Positions 51,985-62,340 of a stretch of DNA of 64,000 bases are shown here, in pieces; the stretch's first letter is position 1, and every line of letters begins with the position of its first letter. The notes under the pieces were generated by a model. It was not told the DNA's origin. It saw nothing but the letters and a program-made list of their open reading frames with translations, and searched no databases. Origin of the DNA: an uncultured archaeon (lineage in GTDB: Archaea > Asgardarchaeota > Lokiarchaeia > Sigyniarchaeales > SOKP01); assembly GCA_964388035.1 (NCBI GenBank), contig CAYLZE010000004.1, positions 1 through 64,000 on the forward strand, given 5' to 3'. The translations under genes were made by a program, and so were the position numbers.

Positions 51985-53754
51985 TTGCTGAACATTGAAT
52001 TTATTGAAGAAAAGCTTAATATCGAAGAAGAATCAGAAGATCAACGGGTAATTCATTTACCAGAATTGACTGAAGAAGAGAAAAGAATAATAGATCCAAT
52101 TGTCGCTCCTACGAGCGGGTTACGTATTCAAATTTATGATATTGAACAAGGGAACGAGAACAAGAAGGATAGATACACGTTAACGAATCGCAAATTATTT
52201 CTTTTTTTACGGGTCTTTAAAGCTATTAGCGAGAAATTTAAAGATTTAAATGGAGAGAATCTAAAAGTACTTATTGTAACTGACAATAGGTCCAGTAAAA
52301 ACACGCTATTGAAATTAGCTTCCGAAATCTTTACTTGGGATGGGTATCAAGTGTTTTATCAACAAGATGAGGAAGGAGAATCTAGGGTGTCCTCCCCATA
52401 TGGAGCTGCCTCCGTGGCATTAATTAAGGATATCAAGCTTGTTATTGTGCTGACCGCGAGTCATAATGATCTCTCTTGGAATGGTATTAAATTCTACATT
52501 GAATATCCCATTCCCATATCAGGGGATTTATTCAAAGAAGTTTCGGAAAGGGCGCTGAATGTTAATAGGATTCCCCTAAAGCGTTGTAAGCCCCAATTAA
52601 TTGACGCCATTTCAAAAAATAATGAATACATTCAAAATTTATTGGCCAACATCATCGATATAAAGAGTATTCGAAACCAAAATATTGTTATTTGGCCTTA
52701 TTTGGGAAAAGCAAAAGGAATAGTGGATCTTTTCACGAGTTATGGAGCGAATGTGATTACCATTGATGAAGAGATTAATCCTCCCAATCCTATAAAGGTC
52801 GTTAAAGAATCTAAGTTGCAAGCCACCATGGAGCAGTCCAACTCTAAAGTTGCCCTCTTATTAGATGCTGATAGAGATAGAATCGCTTTATATGTAAAGC
52901 AAGAAAATGATTATTTTTATTTCATTCCAAATGAAATCTATTCGGCAATGCATAACATTCTTGCAAAGAATTTTAATACGAATATAATTAATGTGAGAAC
53001 GATTCCTAGCGATCCGAGAGGAGATAATGCCAGTATTATCAACGTATTTACGGGAGTCGGATACAAACATTTAGGCGTGATCTTATATTTCCTTTTTGAT
53101 ATTCCTGTCGATCAATCAAAAATAGATACTGCTATCTTATATTTTCAAGATACAGAAAAAAAATTGGTTAAAATTAAAGAAGCCGGTCCATTAAAAAGTC
53201 AAATTTTAGCTTTAATGAAAAAACAGGGATTATCCCAACAAAAATTCATGATTGTAATGTGGGAGGAATCTGGAGGGCATACTATCAATATTTTAAATGT
53301 AACCAAGAATTCACAAAACAACGAGTATTCTTTTACCACGGAATTACCGCTCATAGCTGATAAATATCCCGTACCTGCTTTAGTCTTAATTACGGAGCTA
53401 ATTTATAGAGGATATTCTATAAATCAATCTATTGATTGGAATGTAAAAGGGATTAATCAAACCATAGAAGCTAATGACGAGGAAAAAATAAAAATCATGC
53501 AAAAATTTGAAAAGAATGATAATTCCGATATTAATATAGGAGGTAAATCGTATCAGATTCACGCGTTATCAGATAACTTGGGGGATATTGATATCTATCA
53601 GTTAAAAAGCAAAAACTCGACTCTTTATTTTAGGCCCTCAGGCACGGGACCTGAAGTACGCTTCTACATCTTTGGAAAGAGAGAAACGCACTTGGATGAG
53701 ATTAATCGCGTTCAAGACTTTGTCAAACAAAATTATTTAGAGAATGAAAAATAA
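51985..53754 (+). CDS. Alpha-D-phosphohexomutase (PGM/PMM-like)
   Basis: LTASHN phospho-Ser loop, DADRDR metal loop, WEESGG, RPSGTGPEVRFY. Confidence 0.88.
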   Translation: MLNIEFIEEKLNIEEESEDQRVIHLPELTEEEKRIIDPIVAPTSGLRIQIYDIEQGNENKKDRYTLTNRKLFLFLRVFKAISEKFKDLNGENLKVLIVTDNRSSKNTLLKLASEIFTWDGYQVFYQQDEEGESRVSSPYGAASVALIKDIKLVIVLTASHNDLSWNGIKFYIEYPIPISGDLFKEVSERALNVNRIPLKRCKPQLIDAISKNNEYIQNLLANIIDIKSIRNQNIVIWPYLGKAKGIVDLFTSYGANVITIDEEINPPNPIKVVKESKLQATMEQSNSKVALLLDADRDRIALYVKQENDYFYFIPNEIYSAMHNILAKNFNTNIINVRTIPSDPRGDNASIINVFTGVGYKHLGVILYFLFDIPVDQSKIDTAILYFQDTEKKLVKIKEAGPLKSQILALMKKQGLSQQKFMIVMWEESGGHTINILNVTKNSQNNEYSFTTELPLIADKYPVPALVLITELIYRGYSINQSIDWNVKGINQTIEANDEEKIKIMQKFEKNDNSDINIGGKSYQIHALSDNLGDIDIYQLKSKNSTLYFRPSGTGPEVRFYIFGKRETHLDEINRVQDFVKQNYLENEK

Positions 53755-53915
53755 AGAACAAATTTTCAATATTAGACCTTGTTCTATTATAATTTACCCC
53801 TTATAATTTGAATTTTAATTTCATGATATTACCTCTATAAATAAGAATATAAGAGATTAGAAAAACGATAATTTCAATGTATAAAAAAGCCTAAGGGGGG
53901 ACGCGTGCACTTCTA

Positions 53916-55118
53916 TTATTCTTCGTCAATTTCGTTTGATTTCGGGGGGAGTGATTTCGGTTTGGGTTTATTCTTAGCTTCGATTTCTTTAAGTTTTTCT
54001 TGAGTTTTCTCTTCAAATTCTTCGTCATTTATGGGTTCTGCTTCTACTAATCCCCTGGGTTGAGATTGAGTATCGCTCAGCGCTTCTTTTTGAGCGACTT
54101 TTTCCGCTAATAATGTCTTGGAACGCTCTAAATACTTTTTTCTTGCTTCTTCTTTTTCTTTTTCATCCTGTACCTTAACTTTAATCAAATCATTCCAAAC
54201 TTTTCTTTCTTCAACAGAACCAAAACTATCGACTCTCATGGTGTCATTTTCAAGTCTTATAATGCTTTTTTGAGCTAAATTTTCGATGACTTTATCCGCA
54301 TGTTCCTTTTTCCATTCTGTTTTCTTTAATAAATTCTCTCGAGTTAAATACGCCTCATCATATAATAAACTAATGATTACCTTATCGGAAACAGATAAAT
54401 CCCAATCTAAGGTTTCATTCAGCACAATTAGTTGAAAAGTAGGATCTATTTCTACAATATCATGAATAATGTTTGTTTCCTTCATGATTTTTAAAATGGA
54501 TAAAACGTCCTTATCTTTTATGTTTTTAATTTCTTGAAATGCATGATATTTAAGCTGTTGAATCGGGATGAAATCATAATTGATTAATTGATTATCCTGC
54601 AAGATCTTTTGAAAACGTCTCGTCATCTTATCTAAGAACATCCCCATGCCAAGATCGTGGCGCTTTGGAATGGATTTATAAAATTCCTCATCAAATGATT
54701 CTAAAATTGAAATCGCTGACTGTAAATCTTCTAAATCTTTTTTCCGTTGTTCTTCCGATACGGGTTCGGCCGTTTTTAATTTGGACATGAAGGTATTGTA
54801 GTCTATAGAACCTTGTCGGATCAAGTTTAATTCATGATCTCCTATATTAAATTTGGACTGCAATTCTTTGATTTTCTTTTGTACTTTATGTTCTACTTCT
54901 TCTTCTGTTTCGGCAATGATTTCCGTAATTTTTGTATATTTTTCAATGAAATACTGTTTTTTCTCAATAGTCACGTACTTATCAAGCAACTTATCTAATG
55001 ATTTTTGTTTTTCACTCCTGTCTGACCGAATTTTATCAAATAAGTCTTTAACCTTGCGAATAAAGGAAAAGAAAAATACGGGAATTAAGAAAAGTATCAT
55101 GAATTCTATAACTGACAT
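53916..55118 (-). CDS. Membrane-anchored protein with EAP30/Vps22-Vps36-like tandem winged-helix region
   Basis: N-terminal hydrophobic helix, coiled coil, then DLSVSDKVIISLLYDEAYLTRENLLKKTEWKKEHADKVIENLAQKSIIRLE resembling Vps22/36 WH2; acidic/Pro-rich tail. Confidence 0.6.
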   Translation of the reverse strand: MSVIEFMILFLIPVFFFSFIRKVKDLFDKIRSDRSEKQKSLDKLLDKYVTIEKKQYFIEKYTKITEIIAETEEEVEHKVQKKIKELQSKFNIGDHELNLIRQGSIDYNTFMSKLKTAEPVSEEQRKKDLEDLQSAISILESFDEEFYKSIPKRHDLGMGMFLDKMTRRFQKILQDNQLINYDFIPIQQLKYHAFQEIKNIKDKDVLSILKIMKETNIIHDIVEIDPTFQLIVLNETLDWDLSVSDKVIISLLYDEAYLTRENLLKKTEWKKEHADKVIENLAQKSIIRLENDTMRVDSFGSVEERKVWNDLIKVKVQDEKEKEEARKKYLERSKTLLAEKVAQKEALSDTQSQPRGLVEAEPINDEEFEEKTQEKLKEIEAKNKPKPKSLPPKSNEIDEE

Positions 55119-55509
55119 ATCTTGCCTTCTTATTATTAGTTTTTTTATTGTATCAATTTCATTTTAAACATAGAAAATAAAATAACCTTATAATATAAAT
55201 AGCAACTCACGTTTTAAAACTTCTATGCATTCATGTAAAGATTTAGTGAGTTTGTAAAGAAGTTAATAATTCTTGGTTTTAAATCTTTTGGCATGGAATT
55301 TAAAATTATAAGGAAATTATTCATATCTAAGATAAAAAATAAGAGGAAATCAGAAGGTGGATAAGCATGAAACACCCCTTAATTAATGAGTTTAAACCGT
55401 TTTACGTTAGATCCTCCAAAAAATTCAAACTTTAAGTGTAATTCGAAATTATCAAAATTAATAATTACATGATCAAAATTAAAACCGTAGTAAAAGAGGA
55501 AAATGAAAA

Positions 55510-56797
55510 ATGCAAGAAAAAATAATTGATGATAATATTCACGAGAGAATGTCCTTAGAAAACGTGTTCAAGATATTCAATGATAATATCTTTCCAATGC
55601 TTAATGAAGAAGAGCGCGGGTATTGCAATGAACTTCAACAATTTTGCTTGGAACTGCAGCCACGGATTGATAAATCAAAAGACGTGTATGAATTATTTCC
55701 GGATTTAGGAAAAAATGGTTATATGCAGAGAATCAATTTATGGCAAGATTTCACTCCTTATGGCATGAAGAAAGAAATCCTCCTAGGAACGCACTTGTCT
55801 CTTTTAGATCCTCAGTTGGAATTAGCACGCTTGGCGAGTGGTATTCTTTGTGGCAATCCTACATTCCATTATTATCGACACGGTGGTACCGGAGATACGA
55901 TTCAGAAAGTTCAAGATGAGTTAATGTCTGGTGCAAAAATAGGGTGCATAGGAATAACTGAACCGAAAAGAGGGTCTGACGCTGTAAATATGACAACTAC
56001 ATGTATAAAGTCAGATGATGGAATAATTTATAACGGAGAGAAGGTCTATACAACTAATGGGCCTAAAGCGGATTATTTCTGTACTTATGCCGTATACGAT
56101 ACTGAACATCCTCGAGAAACCATGGTTCAAGCCATGATTAAGCGAGAATTCGGAGTGAGAACAGAAAGACTTAAAATAAATTCCGTTCCCCGAGTGCATA
56201 TTGCTCATACAATTATAAAAGATGTTAGGATTCCTCAAGAATATATTCTAGCTGATAATGGTGATGGCTATGTTCGTTTATTTGAAGGGTTGGTTCCTGA
56301 ACGGTTAGGTATAAGTGCTTAGTGGTCTCCACTCACTACCAAATATGGGTTCAGGAATTGGAATTGCATGGGCAGGATTGATTTATGGTATTATTTATAC
56401 GAATTTAAGGAGACAATTTGGCCAAGAAGTAATAAAATATGAAGGCGTGGGATTTGGACTGGCAGAATTGCTCTCAAAATGTACCGCAGCAACTTCCCTA
56501 GCACTGCAAGCCGCTACGATTTACGATGAGAAAGTATTATTCTCAGAGCGTCCTAATAAAGAAGCAGAAAAATGGGTTGCGGCAGTATCATCCCAAGGTA
56601 AGTATTATGTTTCAAAACTTACTCACGATGTATGCTATGAAGTTCAGCAGCACATGGGTGGAGTATCCGTCACGGATAATACTCCCGTAGATGAACTCAT
56701 GGATACGAGCAAGATCGAAGAAGTAATTGGCGGAGCTCGTAACATCCAATTGTTTATAATACAAAACCTCTTGCGTAGGTATAAGAATATTTTATAA
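55510..56797 (+). CDS. Acyl-CoA dehydrogenase, split into two frames by a 31-nt insert
   Basis: GCIGITEPKRGSDA, NGEKVYTTNG, ERLGI|MGSGIGIA, RRQFGQ, QQHMGG, EVIGGARNIQ; removing 31 nt gives a single ORF. Confidence 0.88.
56313..56343 (+). other. Candidate bulge-helix-bulge (EndA-type) mRNA intron, 31 nt
   Basis: Insert aagtgcttagtggtctccactcactaccaaa forms a hairpin; flanking exon sequences TTCCTGAAC/GTTCAGGAA pair perfectly; excision restores the frame. Confidence 0.5.
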
Positions 56798-57131
56798 TCT
56801 TTTTTATTTTTTTCTTTTTCAACCATTTCTCTTTACTCATCTGCATCTCCTCTTTATAGCTTTCTTTAAAATAAAGGAGATTTACGTTCTCATTAGCTTC
56901 TAAAATACTTATCTTTCAGAGTAATTCTTTTTCGGCATAAAAAACATTTAAAGATTTGGTTCTAAATGAAAACCCCCCCCTTTTAGACAAAAAAACCTCT
57001 CTCTCTCTCCTAAATAAAATGAATAGAAATTGGACTCTGATTCTTTTTTAATAATGGTTTGATTTTTTATAATTAGAATTATGATTTTAATTCATAATAA
57101 TAAAATAAATAAAAAAAAATAACAAATAATC

Positions 57132-57896
57132 ATGATAGGTGAGAAATTAGTGTCTAATGAAATAGTAAATAAAAATTGGCATGATTTTGGTTCAAAAATG
57201 CATGTTATCGCCATTTTAACGATTCTTACTTTTGTGCTTCCCTTCGCTGGCATCATTCAGTTAATCTTCATTTTTCTCGCATTGGCAGACATAAGAAAGA
57301 TAATGTATCAATCACCTGATGCGGATCTTAGTGAATTTCGTACCAAATATATTGCTGGGTTCTTAGTGAAGCTCATCGGATTTATTCTAATTTATAGTGC
57401 TATCGTTTCCATGATACCTTTTGCCTACTTTCACTTTTACTTTCCCATTATTGGGTTTGCTATGGCAATAGTTTTTGGAGGTGTTATTTTATTAGTCAGC
57501 GCGATTATAGAATATAAAGCATGGAGCTGCCTTGAAACTTTCTTTGAGAACTATCAAAGCAATTTTCCTGATGCAATTGCAAGAGATACTTTAAAAGGCA
57601 TTAAAAACATCAAAACTGCAGTGATTTTCAGAATTACGATTGTTCTTAGCTTTGTTTCCGTGATTTTGGAGATTATAGGCTATTTCCGAATCGGTTCTCT
57701 AAAGAATTTACCCATTCAACGAGCACAAGTAGTTCCACAACAACCCATTCAAAGACCTCCTGCTCAACCACAATATGAACCAGCGCCAGTTGCACCCATA
57801 AAGCAAAAAACACCCTCAGAATTTTGTCCTCACTGCGGAGCAAAGTCTTCTTCCTCGGGTGTCTATTGTAGCGAATGTGGAGCTAGTTTAAGCTAA
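57132..57896 (+). CDS. Membrane protein with PQ-rich linker and C-terminal zinc ribbon
   Basis: Several TMs; PQQPIQRPPAQPQY; CPHCG...YCSECG; probable start GTG at 57150 after AGGTGA. Confidence 0.82.
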   Translation: MIGEKLVSNEIVNKNWHDFGSKMHVIAILTILTFVLPFAGIIQLIFIFLALADIRKIMYQSPDADLSEFRTKYIAGFLVKLIGFILIYSAIVSMIPFAYFHFYFPIIGFAMAIVFGGVILLVSAIIEYKAWSCLETFFENYQSNFPDAIARDTLKGIKNIKTAVIFRITIVLSFVSVILEIIGYFRIGSLKNLPIQRAQVVPQQPIQRPPAQPQYEPAPVAPIKQKTPSEFCPHCGAKSSSSGVYCSECGASLS

Positions 57897-57973
57897 ATAT
57901 AATTTTTTTCCTTTATTCTTTATTTTTTTAAACCTTTTTTTATCTATATTTTTGTAAATCTTATCTAAAGATT

Positions 57974-58711
57974 CTATTCCATGTCATCAATTTTTTTTTG
58001 CGGATCAGAAGAATCTCCAAAAAGGATTTTCTTATTCTTCACGACATATTTCCAGCCAAAGCCAGCAATCTTTTCTAAAGGTCCGTTTATTCCTTTTGGT
58101 TTTCCGGTTTTAGTATAGACAATGTTTGTATTCTTAATGGCTTTAATCACGTTATAAGGGGTTTTAAAAATCTCAATGAGTGATTTTGCTTTAGAGGGTC
58201 CCGTATCTATTAATCCCTCGAGGATGAAAGCTCGCCGTTCTTCATCATTCATTCCTTTAGGGGCTTTTCGAGATAAAATGGGCACGCCGTCTTTAACTTG
58301 TTCTCGATAAGCAATTCTTTCAATCACTATGGCAGTATCTTCCATGTTTCTTGTAGGAATGATAGATATGCCCAATTTATAAGAAATGAAAGCCAGAGAA
58401 CCGTATATTGAGCTAATATTCATGCCCGTTGTTTCAAAAACCTCATCGTTTAATCCTTCTAAAATAAGAATCTGTGTTGGATATGTCTCTTTCAAACGTA
58501 GAAGTTGCTCAAAGAGGCGATTATCCATTAGAGAGGTGACATAATCAAAACCTTCTTTCCTCTCACATGCTACATCCTTGCTAATGACTATATCCGCAAT
58601 ATCTAATTGTTGCGATTCAAAAGAAATGGTTTCCTTCTTTTTACTCATAATTTCCATTAACTTTCGTTCTCGAGAATCAATTATTATATGAGGAATTTTT
58701 CGTTCGTTCAT
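57974..58711 (-). CDS. xpf: Short XPF/ERCC4-type structure-specific endonuclease
   Basis: IIDSRE, DIADIV, CERKEGFDY, RLFEQLLRL, ILEG, followed by HhH motifs. Confidence 0.88.
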   Translation of the reverse strand: MNERKIPHIIIDSRERKLMEIMSKKKETISFESQQLDIADIVISKDVACERKEGFDYVTSLMDNRLFEQLLRLKETYPTQILILEGLNDEVFETTGMNISSIYGSLAFISYKLGISIIPTRNMEDTAIVIERIAYREQVKDGVPILSRKAPKGMNDEERRAFILEGLIDTGPSKAKSLIEIFKTPYNVIKAIKNTNIVYTKTGKPKGINGPLEKIAGFGWKYVVKNKKILFGDSSDPQKKIDDME

Positions 58712-58872
58712 TTTTATTAAGAAACCAATATTGTTATTAATGAAGTAAATATGTCCTATACTTATTTAAATGAAAAAGAAATTTTTTATAAATCATTTAG
58801 ATCCTTTTTCTCTATTTACTTATTTGTTATTATAAATTTATGCTTAATATCCTCATTTTTCGTTCTAAAATA

Positions 58873-59418
58873 TCAAGTTTCTAGAAATACTTCTTTGTTT
58901 GATTTTGCAATATTTTTTGTATCGTTTGGAATGGGTCCATTTTTGAGATAATTCCAGATTTTAGGGATGCTATATAATTTATTGTAGACTAAAATAAAAA
59001 GTAGCATAATGATTCCGATGATTTCTGTAATTACTAATAAAGGATTGGTATAAGATTGGAGCCAGCTTTCATAGGGATAATCGACAAAGGAAATATCATA
59101 ATTAATAAATGGATAAAATAAGGGAATTGCGGGAAGATCTAATATTAAATGAAATGTTATTCCTAATAAATAAGAAAGGGAAAGGGATGGTTTATTTCTA
59201 GTGAAAAGGAATAAAATTATAAAAGAACCTAAAGCAAATAGGAGCGTATGAGCAAACCCTCTTCCATTTTCCAATTGCAACATCATTAATGGTTTATCAA
59301 TTAAATCAGGAAGTAGAGATCCAATGACTAAAATCAATCTATTTACATTGAATTTATTTTTTAAATAGGGAATTTCAAAAAGAATCAAAGGCAATGCTAC
59401 GTGAAATATGAGAAGCAT
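58873..59418 (-). CDS. Membrane-bound metal-dependent hydrolase (YdjM-like), paralogue 1
   Basis: GSLLPDLIDK, RGFAHTL, FHLILD. Confidence 0.85.
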   Translation of the reverse strand: MLLIFHVALPLILFEIPYLKNKFNVNRLILVIGSLLPDLIDKPLMMLQLENGRGFAHTLLFALGSFIILFLFTRNKPSLSLSYLLGITFHLILDLPAIPLFYPFINYDISFVDYPYESWLQSYTNPLLVITEIIGIIMLLFILVYNKLYSIPKIWNYLKNGPIPNDTKNIAKSNKEVFLET

Positions 59419-59511
59419 GATTTTTTTTTTTAACTTGAATGAATGGTTTGATCAATACATTATCCTTTCTAAAGTTAATCCTTTATAGTTTCCTTTATCA
59501 TCCAACTCGTG

Positions 59512-60060
59512 TCATTTTCTCACATCTACATGTTCCATTCTTTTCGTAACTGTTTGATCCTCATCCATGCGCATTTTTGGAATTAAATATTCCTTTAATC
59601 TGTCATAATGATATAATTTATTTTTTAAAATGAGGAATAATAGCACGATTCCAGAAATTAATTCTGTAGTTATAATGAATAAATTATTGAAATATTTGGA
59701 AACGTAATATTCCACGGGTTGATCTATTACCGTGTAATTGTAAGAAATGAAAGGAGAAAAGATGGGAATAGAAGGCATGTCTAGACCTAAATGAATCATC
59801 GCCCCGATTAAGAAGGGAATCGAAATTTGTTTTTTACCCTTTGCTATTAAATGAACCCCCAAGAATGATAGGAATACAAACAAAAAATTATGGCAATACA
59901 TGATTCCGGTGACTTTAGTAATTAAGTGAATGGATTTATCTATTATATCAGGATACAAGCTTCCTATGATTAATGCGAGCCGATTGACGTTGAACCGTTC
60001 CTTTATTCTTGGTATTTCGAATAACAATAAAGGAACAGCTAAATGGCATAATGGATATAT
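59512..60060 (-). CDS. Membrane-bound metal-dependent hydrolase (YdjM-like), paralogue 2, probable ATA start
   Basis: GSLYPDIIDK, CHN, IHLGLD; ATA at 60060 aligns with Met1 of paralogue 1 and sits 5 nt after GGTGA. Confidence 0.82.
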   Translation of the reverse strand: MYPLCHLAVPLLLFEIPRIKERFNVNRLALIIGSLYPDIIDKSIHLITKVTGIMYCHNFLFVFLSFLGVHLIAKGKKQISIPFLIGAMIHLGLDMPSIPIFSPFISYNYTVIDQPVEYYVSKYFNNLFIITTELISGIVLLFLILKNKLYHYDRLKEYLIPKMRMDEDQTVTKRMEHVDVRK

Positions 60061-60086
60061 TTCTATCACCAAGAATGTTTAAATTA

Positions 60087-61412
60087 TTAAACTTGAAATA
60101 TCGCTAAGATAAATCGGAAGTAAAAAATGAAAATTAATAACAGAATTATTATCAATGTGAACTTTAAAGATACTTTCATTAAATACGTATAACTTAATTT
60201 TTTCTCTTGATATAGACCTAAAGAATCATATAATCGAATCATGTCTGTAGTACCCCAACCCTGAGAGTTTTTATCATATCCTAAATCTTGGCACGCATTC
60301 TTGAGACATTCTAAGACCCCTTCAGAGGATAAATTTTCATTATACTCCAACAAAGTTGCAATGATTCCCGTGGCGATAGCTGCTGCAGCACAGGTGCCTG
60401 AAAAGGTGATAAATTTATTTTTCGATAATGGGATACTTATTTTTGATCCTAAAAAGCAAATATCTGGTTTATTTCTTCCATCTAACGTGGGTCCTCGACT
60501 ACTATAATACGCCACTTTTTTAGATTTCGTGAGAGCCCCAATTGCGATTACCTTTTTAGCCGCGGCAGGACTCCCGATCGTTTGAAATTCGGGACCTGAA
60601 TTACCTGCGGGACAAATTATCTGAATGCGATATTCTTCTACAAGTTTATCGCATGCTAAACATAAAATATCCGCTCCATCTGAGGCTTGAAAAGTGGAAA
60701 ATGATATTAAAAGGATATTAACTCTTTTTTGTTCGCTCACTAAAATATCGAATAATTTTAGAAGATCTGAAATTAAATATCGTCCATTTTGATTGCGTGG
60801 GGGTAAGTCCACGATTTTAGCTTTTGGAGCCACCCCCATCAAATAACCTTTCATTGAATGGTGCGTAGTGATTATGCCCGTCATGAGAGAACCATGTGTA
60901 ATATTTTCAACATGATCTTTCTCAAGGTGCTTCTTTCGGAAAGGATTTAATTCTTCATTTTTATACTCTAAAGACCGGGATATGAATTTTAAATTCACGT
61001 TTATTCCCTCATCGATAATACCAATCAGTATTTTATAGCCCGTGTATACCATTGAGGAACTTCTATACTCTGCGAGTTTTAACTGATCGAAAGAATCATC
61101 CATAGCAAGATAAAGGTCCAGATCTTCTTCTATACTTTTGATTAATTTTACTTTTTCGAATTGCTTGATCTGTAGTTCCGTTAAGTTTATTCTAATCGAA
61201 GGAATGATCTGGAATTTTTCTAAAATAGTTAGGTCTCTATTTTTTTTAATAAATTCTTCTCGATCTTCTTCTTTCTCAAAACTAATTAACACTTGATAGA
61301 TTTTCTGGTTATACCCATAAAGAATATCTTTTGGGACATTATCGCGATTTACTTTTAAATGGTGTTCAAGTTTCTTTAAAAGTAAGGGATGGATTTTACC
61401 GTGATACATCAT
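60087..61412 (-). CDS. S8 subtilisin-like protease with I9-like prodomain, C-terminal TM and Ser>Cys at the nucleophile
   Basis: IGIIDEG, THGSLMTG, PAGNSG, YSSRGPTLDGRNKPD, FSGTCAA, QGWG. Confidence 0.85.
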   Translation of the reverse strand: MMYHGKIHPLLLKKLEHHLKVNRDNVPKDILYGYNQKIYQVLISFEKEEDREEFIKKNRDLTILEKFQIIPSIRINLTELQIKQFEKVKLIKSIEEDLDLYLAMDDSFDQLKLAEYRSSSMVYTGYKILIGIIDEGINVNLKFISRSLEYKNEELNPFRKKHLEKDHVENITHGSLMTGIITTHHSMKGYLMGVAPKAKIVDLPPRNQNGRYLISDLLKLFDILVSEQKRVNILLISFSTFQASDGADILCLACDKLVEEYRIQIICPAGNSGPEFQTIGSPAAAKKVIAIGALTKSKKVAYYSSRGPTLDGRNKPDICFLGSKISIPLSKNKFITFSGTCAAAAIATGIIATLLEYNENLSSEGVLECLKNACQDLGYDKNSQGWGTTDMIRLYDSLGLYQEKKLSYTYLMKVSLKFTLIIILLLIFIFYFRFILAIFQV

Positions 61413-61449
61413 TTTTTTTATTTTTGTTATGAAATCCTTATCTTTTCAA

Positions 61450-62247
61450 TTATGATTCAAGGATCTTCAATGCTTCTTCCACGCTATAATTTTCATGAAT
61501 GAGTTTTGATAACGCTTTAACTAAATTTATTGGATTTTCAGATTGAAATACATTTCTTCCGAACGCAACTCCGGCACCTCCAGCTTGTAAGGAGTCGTAT
61601 ACCATTTGTAATAATTCTCTATTTGTATCCATTCGGGGACCACCTGCTATAATCACCGGGACGTGAACGCTCTTTACAATATATTTGAAGGAGTCTATAT
61701 CTCCCGTATAGTTGGTCTTTACAATATCCGCACCTAATTCTGCTCCAGCTCTCACGGCAATATTAACTACCGCGGGAGCATTCTCATCTTCAATTTTCTT
61801 ACCTCGAGGATATACCATTGCTAAGAGAGGCATGCCCCATTCTCTACTGCCTTCCACCACCGTCTGCATATCTTGGAGCATCTCTGGCTCATCATCAGCT
61901 CCGATATTAATATGAATGGAAACACCATCCGCACCCATTTTAAGAGCTCGCTCCACGCTACACACGAGTACCTTTCGATTAGGATCGGGGGCTAGATTAG
62001 TAGCTCCAGAAAGATGAATGATTAAACCTATATCCCTTCCATATTGCCGGTGTCCAGCTCCAACCATTCCAGAATGCTCTAAAACCGCATTAGCTCCTCC
62101 CATTGCAACCTTATCAACCATGTCCGCTAAATTTTCCAGCCCTTTTATTGTCCCTAATGTAAGTCCATGGTCCATGGGTATAATTATCGTTCTTTTACTC
62201 TTTCTATCGATAATACGTTCCAAGCGAATTTTTTTACCTATGTCCAT
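61450..62247 (-). CDS. aroA': 2-amino-3,7-dideoxy-D-threo-hept-6-ulosonate synthase / DhnA-type class I aldolase
   Basis: [57 protein letters not shown]. Confidence 0.85.
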   Translation of the reverse strand: MDIGKKIRLERIIDRKSKRTIIIPMDHGLTLGTIKGLENLADMVDKVAMGGANAVLEHSGMVGAGHRQYGRDIGLIIHLSGATNLAPDPNRKVLVCSVERALKMGADGVSIHINIGADDEPEMLQDMQTVVEGSREWGMPLLAMVYPRGKKIEDENAPAVVNIAVRAGAELGADIVKTNYTGDIDSFKYIVKSVHVPVIIAGGPRMDTNRELLQMVYDSLQAGGAGVAFGRNVFQSENPINLVKALSKLIHENYSVEEALKILES

Positions 62248-62340
62248 TTAAATCACTTGAATTACTTGAATTAATCATGCTATAAAATATGCATGTATTA
62301 ATATAAGGTTATGGATAGTGGTATTTAGAGTTTTTTTAAT

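Noticed and set aside
56306-56345. Spliceosomal-type intron (AG|GTATAAGT) or programmed +1 frameshift as the explanation of the ACAD split
   Set aside because: No AG acceptor at a frame-restoring position; a frameshift would insert about 10 residues into a conserved helix
56970-57010. C8 run and (CT)n tract
   Set aside because: Short low-complexity intergenic sequence with no supportable function
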